Part shown: positions 11,438 through 22,200 of the stretch, in pieces
How the letters are laid out: each line of letters starts with the position of its first letter
How positions within the stretch are numbered: the first letter of the stretch is position 1
Assembly (NCBI RefSeq): GCF_001194135.2
Contig: NC_068981.1
Location: 85,044,020-85,086,671, forward strand
From: Octopus bimaculoides
Lineage: Eukaryota
Length of the DNA stretch: 42,652 bases
Reading direction: 5' to 3'
Made by a program: the position numbers and the translations under genes
The notes under the pieces: model-generated
Databases searched by the model: none
What the model was told of the DNA's origin: nothing
The model's input: the letters and a program-made list of their open reading frames with translations, nothing else

Positions 11438-11818
11438 GTGGAAGTGCAATGGCCCAGTGTTTAGGGCAGCGGACTCGCGGTCATAGGATCGCGGTTTCGA
11501 TTCCCAGACTGGGCGTTGTGAGTGTTTATTGAGCGAAAACACCTAAAGCTCCATGAGGCTCCGGCAGGGGATGGTGGCGAGCCCTGCTGTACTCTTTCAC
11601 CACAACTTTCTCTCACTCTTACTTCCTGTTTCTGTTGCGCCTGTAATTCAAAGGGTCAGCCTTGTCACACTGTGTCACGCTGAATATCCCCGAGAACTAC
11701 ATTAAGGGTACACGTGTCTGTGGAGTGCTCAGCCACTTGCACGTTAATTTCACAAGCAGGCTGTTCCGTTGATCGGATCAACTGGAACCCTCGACGTCGT
11801 CAGCGACGGAGTGCCAAC
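11438..11818 (+). mobile_element. SINE family A, full length with 12-bp TSD
   Basis: TSD ATATTTTCCCAT at 11426-11437 and 11819-11830; A and B boxes present. Confidence 0.95.
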
Positions 11819-12092
11819 ATATTTTCCCATATTGGAATGAATATCACATATTTACAGAAGACGGGTCTATAGAATCGTCACCAGTTAATCACTGATACAT
11901 TTATCAACATCTAAAGAATGAATAGTAAAGCTATACTTTAGAGCAAGTCTTCACATTTTTAGCGACAGTTTTGTACATTGGCACATTTGTTGCCGACGCT
12001 TATAATCGAATGGCTGTATGGAAATATTGCGCTGGAAATTATTTTCTAGACTTTGGTTTTATTTTAATTGGGAAAGATATAGCCGTCCATAC

Positions 12093-12139
12093 CATTGTGA
12101 GTGGATTTGATAGACGGAAACTGAAAGAAACCCGTCGTG

Positions 12140-12170
<31 letters not shown>

Positions 12171-12426
12171 ATNNNNNNNNNNNNNNNNNNNNNNNNNNNN
12201 NNNNNNNNNNNNNNNNNNNNNNNNNNNNNNNNNNNNNNNNNNNNNNNNNNNNNNNNNNNNNNNNNNNNNNNNNNNNNNNNNNNNNNNNNNNNNNNNNNNN
12301 NNNNNNNNNNNNNNNNNNNNNNNNNNNNNNNNNNNNNNNNNNNNNNNNNNNNNNNNNNNNNNNNNNNNNNNNNNNNNNNNNNNNNNNNNNNNNNNNNNNN
12401 NNNNNNNNNNNNNNNNNNNNNNNNNN

Positions 12427-12467
<41 letters not shown>

Positions 12468-12677
12468 TTTGTGTCTGTATTTGTCCCCCAATACTGCTTG
12501 ACAACCGGTGTTGGTGCTTTTACGTCCCTGTAACAGCGGCTCGGCAAAAAACCAATCGAATAAGTGTTAGGCTTAACAAAAAGGTAAGTACTGGTATCAA
12601 TTCATTCGGCAAATATTCCTCAAGGCAGTGCCCCAGCATGACCGCAATCGAATGACTAAAACAAGTAAAAGATAAAA
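12093..12677 (+). mobile_element. SINE family B (central microsatellite), 5'-truncated, spanning an N gap
   Basis: TTGTGAGTGGATTTGATAGACGGAAACTGAAAGAAACCCGTCG, then (TATC)n/N/(TG)n, then GCTTGACAACCGGTG...CCCCAGCATGACCGCAATCGAATGACTAAAACAAGTAAAAG; homologous to the minus-strand halves at 13178 and 14116. Confidence 0.85.
12173..12426. other. Assembly gap (others at 9987-10008, 23371-23588, 29264-29464, 34476-34636)
   Basis: N runs, mostly at microsatellites or inside young repeats. Confidence 0.99.
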
Positions 12678-13177
12678 TGGTAAAAGATGATTCCGGAAAT
12701 GACGACAGATTCTTCCGCCCTGAAAGGAAGGGGATAGTAAAGTCAAAGATAGAGGTTATTGTGATGTAACTGCAACGACAGAAACAATATTATGTAATGC
12801 CAATAGCCGCTGTTCGATCTCAAGAGACTTCCATGACTCCATCGTTGACAGGGGAATTGTAAAATTTCCTTTAAGCCTCACTGTTGTTCAGAAATGAAAT
12901 GAGAAGCAGAAAGAGGAACTGGAGGAAGTGCTGGTCGTGGAAGGAATATCAAAAGAATTTAGATGTGGAAGTGGTAATCATCGTTTGAGAACTGAGTTTA
13001 AGTTCAGTATCTTGGACTCAGATGAAAATCAAGGTGATGACGTAAAGTTGGATAGTCAGGATATTTCTGATGTGTATAAGTATCTTAAATATATTTCGTT
13101 TGCAAGAGTGTATCAGATAGTTGTGGAAGACTAGAATCGTTCAAATGTACTCCTAAGGTACCAGAAGATATCAAAAA

Positions 13178-13400
13178 ATATCTTTAACCTTTATTGTTTT
13201 ACTTTTTCCAGTCACTGGACTGCGGCTATGCAAGGGTACCTCTTTGAGGGGTTTACTTGAGAAAATCGACTCCAGTACTTATTATTTTACAGTCTGGTAC
13301 TTATATTATTATGCCAAATCGCAAAGTTACGGAGACGTGAACAAATACCGGTTGTCAAGCGGTGGTGGGATCAACCAAAAACACAAAGCAACACACACAT
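13178..13400 (-). mobile_element. SINE family B, 3' half
   Basis: Reverse complement CCACCACCGCTTGACAACCGGTATTTGTTCACGTCTCCGTAAC...GCATAGCCGCAGTCCAGTGACTGGAAAAAGTAAAAC matches 12470-12670. Confidence 0.8.
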
Positions 13401-13510
13401 TTATATACATATATACGTGCATAAATACATATATATATATGTGTGTGTGTGTGTGTTAAATTCAACTTACGTTAAAAGTCAACAAAATTTGCTTTAGAAG
13501 CGTCGAGATG

Positions 13511-13956
13511 TATTGAAAGATACAGATAAGGAAATAATTTTATTCGCAAACGCAGGATAATGCTAATAATATAGCATGAGCAGGATAAACTATCTATATT
13601 TTGAAGAAAAGTCTGTCGGCGCCAGCCATGAGACTCGAACTCACATCCCTGTGATTACGCATCAAGTGCTTTACCATTAAGCTAAATTTTGCTGACCTTC
13701 AGCGTAAGTTGAATATAACGTGCGATAGCGACTTATAAAGTTAGATTTATATATCCTAAATTTGCATAAAAATTTATTGTTCGGGCAGTTTAGCTTAATG
13801 GTAAAGCGTAATCACATGGATGTGAGTTCGAGTCTCATGACAGGCTGCCGACAGATTTTTCTGCAAAATATGAATAGTTTATCCTGCTGATGCTATATTA
13901 TTAGCGTTATCCTGCGTTTGAGAATAACATTATCTCCTTATTTATACCTTTCAATA
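13511..13956. mobile_element. Palindromic (MITE-like) element with ~170-bp inverted arms, each carrying a tRNA-like segment
   Basis: Arms 13511-13686 and 13789-13956 are reverse complements (about 15 substitutions, a 1-nt and a 9-nt indel by manual count); ~100-bp spacer; right end runs into (TA)n. Confidence 0.85.
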
Positions 13957-14115
13957 TATATATATATATGTAAAAGGTTTAGATTTAGATTCAAAAATTG
14001 AATATGGTACTTATGTTTAGGCACCAGAATATAGTATGGTATGGTATTATATAAAAACCATTCCAAATAAAATCCGGGTTGCTTATTTTGATTATATATA
14101 TATGTATGTATATAC

Positions 14116-14262
14116 GACGAGCTTCATTTTAGTTTCCATCTACCAAAAGCTTTAGTCGGCCCGGCGCTATAGTAGAAGACACTTGCCCAAGATGCCAACA
14201 GTGGAACTGAACCCAGAACCATGTGGTTCGGAAGGAAACTTCTTGCCACACATTTAAGCATG
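14116..14262 (-). mobile_element. SINE family B, 5' half (tRNA-like head plus CORE-like TTGGGCAAGTGTCTTCT motif)
   Basis: Reverse complement GTGTGGCAAGAAG...GGTTCTGGGTTCAGTTCCACTG..GGCATCTTGGGCAAGTGTCTTCTACTATAG...GGTAGATGGAAACTAAAATGAAGCTCGTCG; its end matches 12108-12137. Confidence 0.8.
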
Positions 14263-14484
14263 GACCTTGCAAATGCTTCAGAGTGGAGTTTATAATGTTT
14301 TCGCATGCATACACTGGTAATATGAGGATATATATTCCTCAAATAAAGTGAGATAGTGTATTTAAGTTTACTGAATACGCATTCCTGATATATGTACAAT
14401 CAACAGAGTTAACATATTTACATGGGGCTCGGCTTCTGGAAGCTTAACAAATGCTTTCCTTCTGGGATATTTATCGATTACCGA

Positions 14485-14682
14485 AAGAATTGGTTATGTG
14501 GTAAAAATACGTATGCTCAGCGGCATCTTGTCTGTTTTTACATTCTGACTTCAAATTCCGCCGCGGCAGACTTTGCCTTTCATCCTTTCAGAGTTGATGA
14601 ATAAGTACCAGTTGAGTACTGAGTCGATGTATCGACTTATATAAAATTGCAGGCTTTGTATCTATACTACAAAGGATTATTA
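14485..14682 (+). mobile_element. SINE family C
   Basis: TTCTGACTTCAAATTCCGCCGCGGCAGACTTTGCCTTTCATCCTTTCAGAGTTGATGAATAAGTACCAGTTGAGTACTGAGTCGATG. Confidence 0.8.
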
Positions 14683-15226
14683 GTTGTATGATCTGAGAAA
14701 GGGCTCGGGTTATTGTTAAAAAAGATGCGGGAAAAGAGGTTATAGTTGAGAATATTTTGTTCATAACTGTTGAATGTACGGTCCGGTAATATCTGCTATC
14801 GGTACCATGCAACCCATGCAAAGTGTCTTATGGTCAAGTGGTCAGAAGTGGGGATGTTGATGACTAACCTCGACTCCTAATTCACTAGGTGAGAAAATCA
14901 TGTAGGTATGTAGCAGTGTTAAACATAAAACCTGTCAAAGAGTGAAAGAGTTACTCATAGAAATGTCAAAGACCAATCATAGCTGGCGAGAAGAAAGGCA
15001 CTACTAATTCATCTACCTGTGGCAACACACGTTGTAACGTTCATTTTATAGTGGAGCTATGAAATGAAGAGTTAACCAGGGTGTTGAAGCTGCTGGCACT
15101 CGCTTTTTATTTATTTATTAATAATATCATATAAATATCTATCTCGGGTAACTTCTATTACATCCTATGCGTCATAAAAAGAATTAAGTCAATTCGGTTT
15201 TGGTGGGAGCCTGATCTGCTTATACT

Positions 15227-15408
<182 letters not shown>

Positions 15409-15519
15409 TGGGGTGGGGTGTAATTGGTTATTTTTTAACTGAATAATTGTAGTTCTATGGTAATATTAGAAGATATATTTCTTAATGTTATTGTTTTTGT
15501 TGTTCTTGTTATTGTCTGA

Positions 15520-15710
15520 TAAAAATGGTAGAGCGCTGCTGACCAAAATAATGTGCGCTATTTAGTTACTCTACTTAACGTTTTGATTTCAGATTCCTCT
15601 TATGTAGATTTTGCATCTGCATGAATAAATAGCGATCTGTTTTACAAAAATAAGTCAAGTACTGGGTTGAATGAACTGACTGTACCCTCTTTCCCAAAAC
15701 AAATTGTTGT
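15520..15710 (+). mobile_element. SINE family C, very degenerate
   Basis: TTTTGATTTCAGATTCC...CAAGTACTGGGTTGAATGAACTGAC...CCCTCTTTCCCAAAA resembles the family layout. Confidence 0.35.
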
Positions 15711-16506
15711 AGCTTTATTTATGTGTTAGAAGTCTTTATTGTAACAATTGTAGCTTTTTTTTTTTACTTTCCGTCAATTCAAAATACCTCAGAATAAAGA
15801 AAACCTTGAGTTGTAATTTCATGTTGACATACTGAAGACATAAAGCCATGGCAGACAAATGATTTGATTTTATGACGTCAGAAATCTATCGACAGTAGGG
15901 AAAAAGTGGGTCTTATATTACTTTATTTAATCTGTAATCACCAAAAAATCAAACTTAGAGGCGCCCTGTGTTATCTCTGTTAAGTGAGTTGTTCCGGTAG
16001 AAGTGATAAAGCGAATGGAGGCAGATCAACAGTTAGTAAAATATTTAAGACAGACTATATTATTGATAGTGTTGCAAAAATTGGAGCGCCCACTCTGTGG
16101 GTGATAGTAGTTATAATCAGATTAAAATCAATTATTTCAATGGTAAAAACGATAGTTTATGTCAACAGCAGTAAGAAATGCAACAGTACCAACTGTATTA
16201 GAAACTAAAGTTACTAAGATTGAGTTTAGTAAGAGAAACCAAAGCTGTAACAACGGTGAGGGTTGTAACAAAGTTTGCACCCATACTAGAAGATTTTATG
16301 ACAGCACCGGAATCATATATATTAGAAGCCACAATAAAAGGAGCAAAATCAGAAATAACGGTAAGAGGCCCAGCGGCACTGGCAGTAAGGATGAGAGCAT
16401 TGAACAACAAATATAAGAACATTGAACTGGCAGCAAGTATGAGAGCACTGGGTTCTTGTAGCCCATTTTTTGTTTAAAGTTGTTTGAATTGTTTGTATTT
16501 CTTAGA

Positions 16507-16532
16507 GCTATTCCTCTAAAGAAGGATTATTA

Positions 16533-16582
<50 letters not shown>

Positions 16583-16600
16583 GTTATTGTTATTACTATT
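16507..16600. repeat. (TAT)n/(AAT)n microsatellite at the 3' end of the R4/Dong fragment
   Basis: Direct reading. Confidence 0.95.
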
Positions 16601-17190
16601 TTTATTATGTTGTTGTTTTCTTCTTTCTTCAAATTTACTTCCATTTCTCACCGAGGGGCAGAGAAGCTCATTGTATGCATTCCCAGTTTACACACGCAAA
16701 TTCACAGGTAAAATATGTATTTAAAAAAAAACTAATAAATTCATGAATGGATCTTGTTTTCACAGCGATAATGCTCTTCTCAGTAAATGAGTCGTTCCAG
16801 TTAACACGATTTTTTGCACTTCCTGTAGGGATGGTAGGCCTGGTATCATTTTCAAATAGGTTTCAGTACCTTTTTTTTATATATATAATTCCTAGAGATC
16901 CTACAATCACTGGTACGGTAGTCGCCTTGAGATGCCACATTTTTTCAGTTTCTATTAGCAAGTCTTTATATTTACTGATCTTGTCAAATTCTTTCGCCGC
17001 TATATTGTGATCGCAAGGAATACTCATATCAATTAATAAACACATCTTTTTTGTCTGATCTTTTATAATAATATCCGGTTTATTAGCTTTTATAGTTTTG
17101 TCGGTATGTACGGGGAAGTCCCAGAGAATCGACACATTTTCTCCCTCAGTCACAGCTTCAGAATGGTGTTTATATCATTTGTCATTATTA
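16600..17190 (-). mobile_element. R4/Dong-clade non-LTR retrotransposon 3' fragment (RLE endonuclease plus 3' UTR)
   Basis: K*YKHHSEAVTEGENVSILWDFPVHTDKTIKANKPDIIIKD...LIDMSIP..NIAAKEFDKISKYKDLLIETEKMWHLKATTVPVIVGSLG, then after a frameshift KKGTETYLKMIPGLPSLQEVQKIVLTGTTHLLRRALSL* (stop 16760-16762). PD..D..K RLE motif present. Confidence 0.9.
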
Positions 17191-17429
17191 TTGCTGTTGT
17201 TGTCTTCGTCTATCGCCACATATTGCACATCTCTCCCGTAGGTTTGTTGTCATTCGTATTGTAGCGCAAAGTTTCATGTTGTACATTTGTTATCGTTATA
17301 TAGATAAATTAATCAGGACCTCAGGGAGCTGATTAGTTTTTCTTCATCTGTAGCCCTTAGAGGCCAATTCGGAATTTGTTTAGCCTTATACGCACCTCAG
17401 TTTTTGCTTCAAATAGAAAGCTGACGGAC

Positions 17430-18590
17430 GAGGATTGTTCGTCCTGTAAAAAGAAACAACCAGTTCTCCGCACAACAGAACAGCGAAATTGTAAAGATCT
17501 ATGACACTATCAGCAGCAATAATAATAACAACAATACAGCTTGCGAAACCTATGAAAGTGACTTTACGTTGCTTTCAGCGCTAGCTTCACCATCGCAGGA
17601 ACAACAAAAGAAATCAAAGACAACAAAAAGCAACAATTCCAGCGAGAACGCTGCCACCTCCACCGCCACCGCCAGCTGCAACAGCGAAGCAACCATCAGC
17701 CATATTGCCACGAACATCATTAACGGAAAATCAAGAACAAAGAAAATGAACAATGCAAATCTGTTGTTAATTGTTTCGCCGGCGCGTCGCGGCAGGTAAG
17801 TGAAGAAAATTTTATAAATGAAAATGAATTCAAAAGTGCAAAACGTAAGTTGAGAAAATGTGGAAGAAAGGTTGCATTGTCCAGCGAGAAACTAATTTGT
17901 AGACATTTTTATATAAAACAATTGGAATAAAAAGTAGAATCGAGCGGGAAACACACCAGCAGATCGAAAAAGTTTTGCAAACAATTTGGAAGAGCAAAGC
18001 CTATATAGCTAGGAGAAAATATGGAACTATCAAGTAAGGTTCACCTCAGGGAAGGAAGCCAAAAATTACTTAATAGCTACCTTACCAACTGAAGTACTCA
18101 TCCTCATCCCCATTTATCTTAGTCGAAGGCTATTCAAAGTAAGAATACTAAATATACCACCAGAAATCAACATCTGCTTGTTGATGGCAGCAGTTCTCTT
18201 CGACATAGAAGAGAAAACCGTTATTCTGCAGACACAGAAAATACAAAAGCAGAACTGATTAGCACAGGGTATGCAGTTATTAATGCAGGCTGATCAACAA
18301 AACATCGAGTTACCGCAGCATCCACAACCGTAGTACCACCACCAATAACTGCAGCATCAGAAACACCCAAAATGACACCAACAGCTACTTCAACAAAACA
18401 GCAAAAGCCTCCTCAAGACGTACCGCTACCCTCTTCGGACTACTCAGATATGTCCTGTAATAAAGGGGACGGTGACGAGTCTAACTGGCAAACGGTAGCC
18501 AAAGCCAAGAAAAGAAAGAGGGAAAAAAGCACACCAACACAAAATAACTGGAAGATACGAGCAAATGGGGGAGATACCTTTTAGCAACAA
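17430..18590 (+). mobile_element. Decayed LINE ORF1-like region (Tx1/L1-like by recall)
   Basis: N/S/T-rich N-terminus; FAGASRQVSEENF..SAKRKL-ENVEER; TIWKSKAYIARRKYGTI-VRFTSGKEAKNY...LIPIYLSRRLFKVRILNIPPEINI; C-terminal WQTVAKAKKRKRE. Several frameshifts and stops. Confidence 0.45.
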
Positions 18591-18610
18591 TGCTCAAACA
18601 CCTCCCTCAA

Positions 18611-19105
18611 GCATGGGGAGACCTGTTGTCTGTTTGTATATATGGTCCTGGAAATCGAAGTAGGTGTTGTCCACTATGATGGACAAAAGTTGGTGTATAT
18701 CAGCTGCGGTAAGTCCGAAGCATTGGATGTTAGAGGTTATTATGAGTGTGCTGGCACCGTTGTGTACATTGAGACAACATCAAGACTAAAGGCGTATCTG
18801 TTTTGCCTGAGTTGGTCTAGGGGTAATTGGTGCAGTCTTTTGATAACTTCGTCCGAGTTCTTGACTTGTCCCAGAAAGGTGGAGAGTATGGGTTTCAGGA
18901 TGTGAGAAAGTAGCCAGGATATTTTATACAGAGGTCCTTCCACGCTGGAGACGATGGGTCTAATCTGGATCGTGTTGCTATTCTTGTGTGTTTTAATAAG
19001 GTGATAAAAAATCTGGCTAATCTACTGTTCTTTGTGATGAAGTTGTTCTTGGATTTATTATGTATTTGTCTCTGTCTACAGATGTCCGTCCATAAACTAT
19101 TTCTT
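18611..19105 (-). mobile_element. Penelope-like element (PLE) RT fragment
   Basis: FYHLIKTHK..IRPIVSSVEGPLYKISWLLSHILKP...KNSDEVI...FSLDVVSMYTTVP...DIHQLLSIIVDNTYFDFQDHIYKQTTGLPM; these are PLE RT motifs, with frameshifts. Confidence 0.88.
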
Positions 19106-19941
19106 TATTGCCCAGAGGGGACCAAACACAGAGAGGACGATACAAATGAAGGAGGGGTTGATAAAGCGAATGATTTTACAAAAGATAAATAGTTAAAAAT
19201 TTAAGTTAAAAATTTATATAAATCGGATGATAACAAACAATAACACATACAATGAAATGGAGGACGGGTTTAGCTTCGACCCCGTGTCACAACTGTAACC
19301 TTTTCTATAACCTTATGGATATACTATGCGGGTTCATTCATTCTCAACAAACTCGCTACAGCCTTCCATCTTAAGGTCTCTTTTTCCGAAGGAAATGTGG
19401 GGCGAGTATTAAGATTTTAAACTGCGCACGTACGCATATGTACCTGGAAGTTGAAAGAAGATACAAGACTGATATTCTCTACATAGATGTGTATATGTTG
19501 TTAGAATTAACAGCATGGAAACTATTAATGAAACAAAGGAAACATGAGATAGGTAGGTGATATCGTTGCGCACCAGATTTGAAAAAGTATGGATCATAAA
19601 GTGTGTCGTACCAACCACAGCTGCAATGGTAGAATGGCAAGAAGCTTCCAGTTCAAAGAATGAAAGAAGGTTGGTATTTATTGGCAGTAATTTGAATTTA
19701 AGACTTTTGAACGGAATACTGTCAAATTTATTCGCCAAATTCTTAAGTGCAATTTGGCATTAGTGCATTTAGTGATATAGAAGGATAGGAAAAGTACCCG
19801 TATTTTCTGATTCTACAGAAGTTTTACTTTGAAGAGATATAAATAAATTCAAACTGAAGAGAAAGAAGTGTCTACATTTGTTACATGACATTTGGTATGT
19901 TAAAAATAAATGATAGTTCCGATATTTGATATATATATATA

Positions 19942-21242
19942 CAGGGTCATCGAAAAAGGTTTCTGTGATTTCAAAATGAAATAACTAAATCTGTATTAAA
20001 GATATAGTATTTATTTTATACACCAAAACACAATGACAATCTTAAAATTTTCTTACATTACTTAGCAGGTTTTGATATGAGCGCCCTTTGTTGCATGGCA
20101 AACATCTAATTGATAGTCGTCCTCCATCCAGGTGAACTCGCTATCACCATGTGGATTCGCTCTCTTAAATGTTGCAGATTCCGGACTTTTTCTGCGTAGA
20201 CAATGTTCTTAAGATAACCCCGAAAGAAAAACTCCATAGGAGTTAGATCAGGGATTCTAGGTGGCCACAAAACAGGACCATTCCTTCCAATCCAACGGCC
20301 AGGGAATCTGTTTTTGAGAGCTTGTCGCACATTATGGCTGTAGTGAGCCGGCGCTCCGTCCTGCTAGAAAATTACACTTATTCCCTTTTCTCTTTCGATG
20401 TCTGCAATTTGAGGGGACACAAATTTCTAGCATGTCCAAGTAACTAAAGCCTGTAATCGTGTTTTCTGCAAACATGTAGAGCCGACATGATCATGCAGGA
20501 GTCCACACCAGACATTAACCTTGGGCGAATCACGCGCGTACTGGAAAACGTCATTGGGTGGCTGACTGTTATGTCGGTTAACACAACCATTTATATGAAA
20601 TGTTGCTTCAGCATTAAATAGAATTCTGTTAACTATCATCAACAATTTTTCTAAGTATCTTTACAGCAAATTCAACGCCTTTAGACCTACCTGACTCCTT
20701 AACTGTATGTCTCATTTGAATTTTGTAAGTATGCAGTCTTAGGCGTTTAAGCAGCACGTTTTGAATTGTTGTTTTAAGCATACGAAGTTCCAAACTGCGT
20801 CGAGCGATAGACTTCTTAGGGCTACGCAAACATGACAGTCTCAAACGCCCTGCCTTCTCTTCCGACGTGCGTGGCCAGCCTGGAGATTTCCTAATGTTTA
20901 CATTTCCAGTTACTTTAAACTGGTTAAACCAACGAACAATGGTTCTGTCTGTAAGTGGATCTTGTCCATAAGAACGCCGAAAATGACGTTGCACTAAAAC
21001 AACTGACTTAAACTCAGCGTGCCACAACACACACTGCGTTTTCTGCTGTACAGTCGTCATGATTGCCGTGGAGTGACTGGCCAGACGTTCACTAGTAAAA
21101 TAGTGATTTCAAGGACCACGCACTGGCAAATATAAAAACTCCTAAAGTGGTTATACAGTCCACGTTCATTTCATACAGATCGCTTGCTTATAGCAAGTGC
21201 AACTGACAACTAAAATCACGGAAACCTTTTTCGAAGACGTTG
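19942..21242 (-). mobile_element. Full-length (1301 bp) Tc1/mariner element, DD41D (rosa) type, inactive
   Basis: 30-bp TIRs 19942-19971 / 21213-21242 (26/30 match), TA on both sides within (TA)n. The transposase has QDGAPAHY...WPPRIPDLTPME with 41 residues between the second and third acidic positions. Confidence 0.9.
20062..21060 (-). pseudogene. DD41D transposase pseudogene
   Basis: MTTVQQKTQCVLW...HTH region; the first catalytic D reads A (NAEATFH); TAG before QDG; frameshifts and a C-terminal deletion; ends GAHIKTC*. Confidence 0.88.
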
Positions 21243-21313
<71 letters not shown>

Positions 21314-21420
21314 GTGTGTGTGTGTGTGTGTATGAATGTATGTATGTATGTATGTATGTATGTATAAGTATATATATATGTATGCATATATATATGTATA
21401 TATATATATATGTATGTATA

Positions 21421-21463
<43 letters not shown>

Positions 21464-21480
21464 ATACACATATATAACGT
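21243..21480. repeat. Compound (TA)n/(TG)n/(TATG)n microsatellite
   Basis: Direct reading. Confidence 0.95.
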
Positions 21481-21597
21481 ATATATCTATTTCCTTCCCT
21501 GAGTGTCTACTAATACTTTGCATGTACCATGTCCTCGCGTTGTTTTTCCTTGTGCTTTTTTCACCGTTTTTTTTTTCGAGATTAACTATATATATCC

Positions 21598-21642
21598 TCA
21601 TCATCATCATCATCGTCGTCGTTTAACGTCCGTTTTCCATGC
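21598..21642 (-). mobile_element. Short 3' tail fragment of a SINE/LINE ending in (GAT)n
   Basis: Reverse complement GCATGGAAAACGGACGTTAAACGACGACGATGATGATG; recognised from recall only, single copy here. Confidence 0.4.
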
Positions 21643-21901
21643 AGAGAGACAGAGAGAGAAAGAAAGAGAGAGAGAGATGTTTATATAAGTGTATACATAT
21701 ATAAATGTATGTGTGTATATACATGCATATACATATGTATATGTACATGTATAATGTATATATCTACACACACACGCGCATGCGGGTAATCGAGGTCATG
21801 AGGCAAGGCACCCGAGGATTGCATATATTGCTTTGAGGTAAACATCCGGATCTCTGTACTCTTCTAATTTTAGATAACACCATTTGCATTTTATCTTTCA
21901 G

Positions 21902-22068
21902 GGGTGGTAAATAACATCCCAGACACATACAAAGAGAAAACTTCTCAAACTTTCTGTCTTCCATTTTCAATTTCTGTAAGACATAGGTCGCGTTTAGACC
22001 TGGAAAAATATGAGTTCCGTCAGGTCAAAAAGTACCTAAGATACGCTTTATGTTACAGCGGCGCTCTT
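21902..22068 (+). CDS. Candidate internal coding exon of an unidentified host gene
   Basis: Strong acceptor ATTTTATCTTTCAG|G; single open frame (G)VVNNIPDTYKEKTSQTFCLPFSISVRHRSRLDLEKYEFRQVKKYLRYALCYSGAL; donors at 21976 (GTAAGA) or 22069 (GTGAGT). No homology recognised. Confidence 0.3.
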
Positions 22069-22107
22069 GTGAGTCCATCAAAGAGTTGAAGATCAGATTA
22101 GCATATA

Positions 22108-22200
22108 CGAGGGGTTGATGAAAAGTTCCTGGCTTTGGATAAAAGAAAATACAGGAGGTTAATTATGATTTTATTCAACATATTCTTCTCTTGGATCCAC
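22108..22200 (+). mobile_element. Mariner-type terminal fragment (solo TIR end)
   Basis: TA|CGAGGGGTTGATGAAAAGTTCCTGGCTTT resembles mariner TIR starts; no partner TIR found in the window. Confidence 0.45.

Noticed and set aside
9907-12655. Long ORFs with YVCM, SLSL, HTHT or X runs (also 21166-21626, 22385-22610, 23331-24107, 27966-28211, 30758-31277)
   Set aside because: These are translations of microsatellites, SINEs and N gaps.
12860-13110. RT-like remnant (VEGISKEFRCGSGNH, DVYKYLKYI)
   Set aside because: Faint resemblance to RT domains only, with no diagnostic motif intact.
13784-13850. Functional tRNA gene
   Set aside because: The anticodon arm is deleted in the right arm and the acceptor stems are poor in both; treated as a tRNA-derived head.
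17790-17801. Perfect splice donor CAG|GTAAGT ending an N/S/T-rich ORF
   Set aside because: The sequence reads through as ASRQVSEENF..SAKRKL in the LINE ORF1-like remnant, so coincidence is the simpler explanation.
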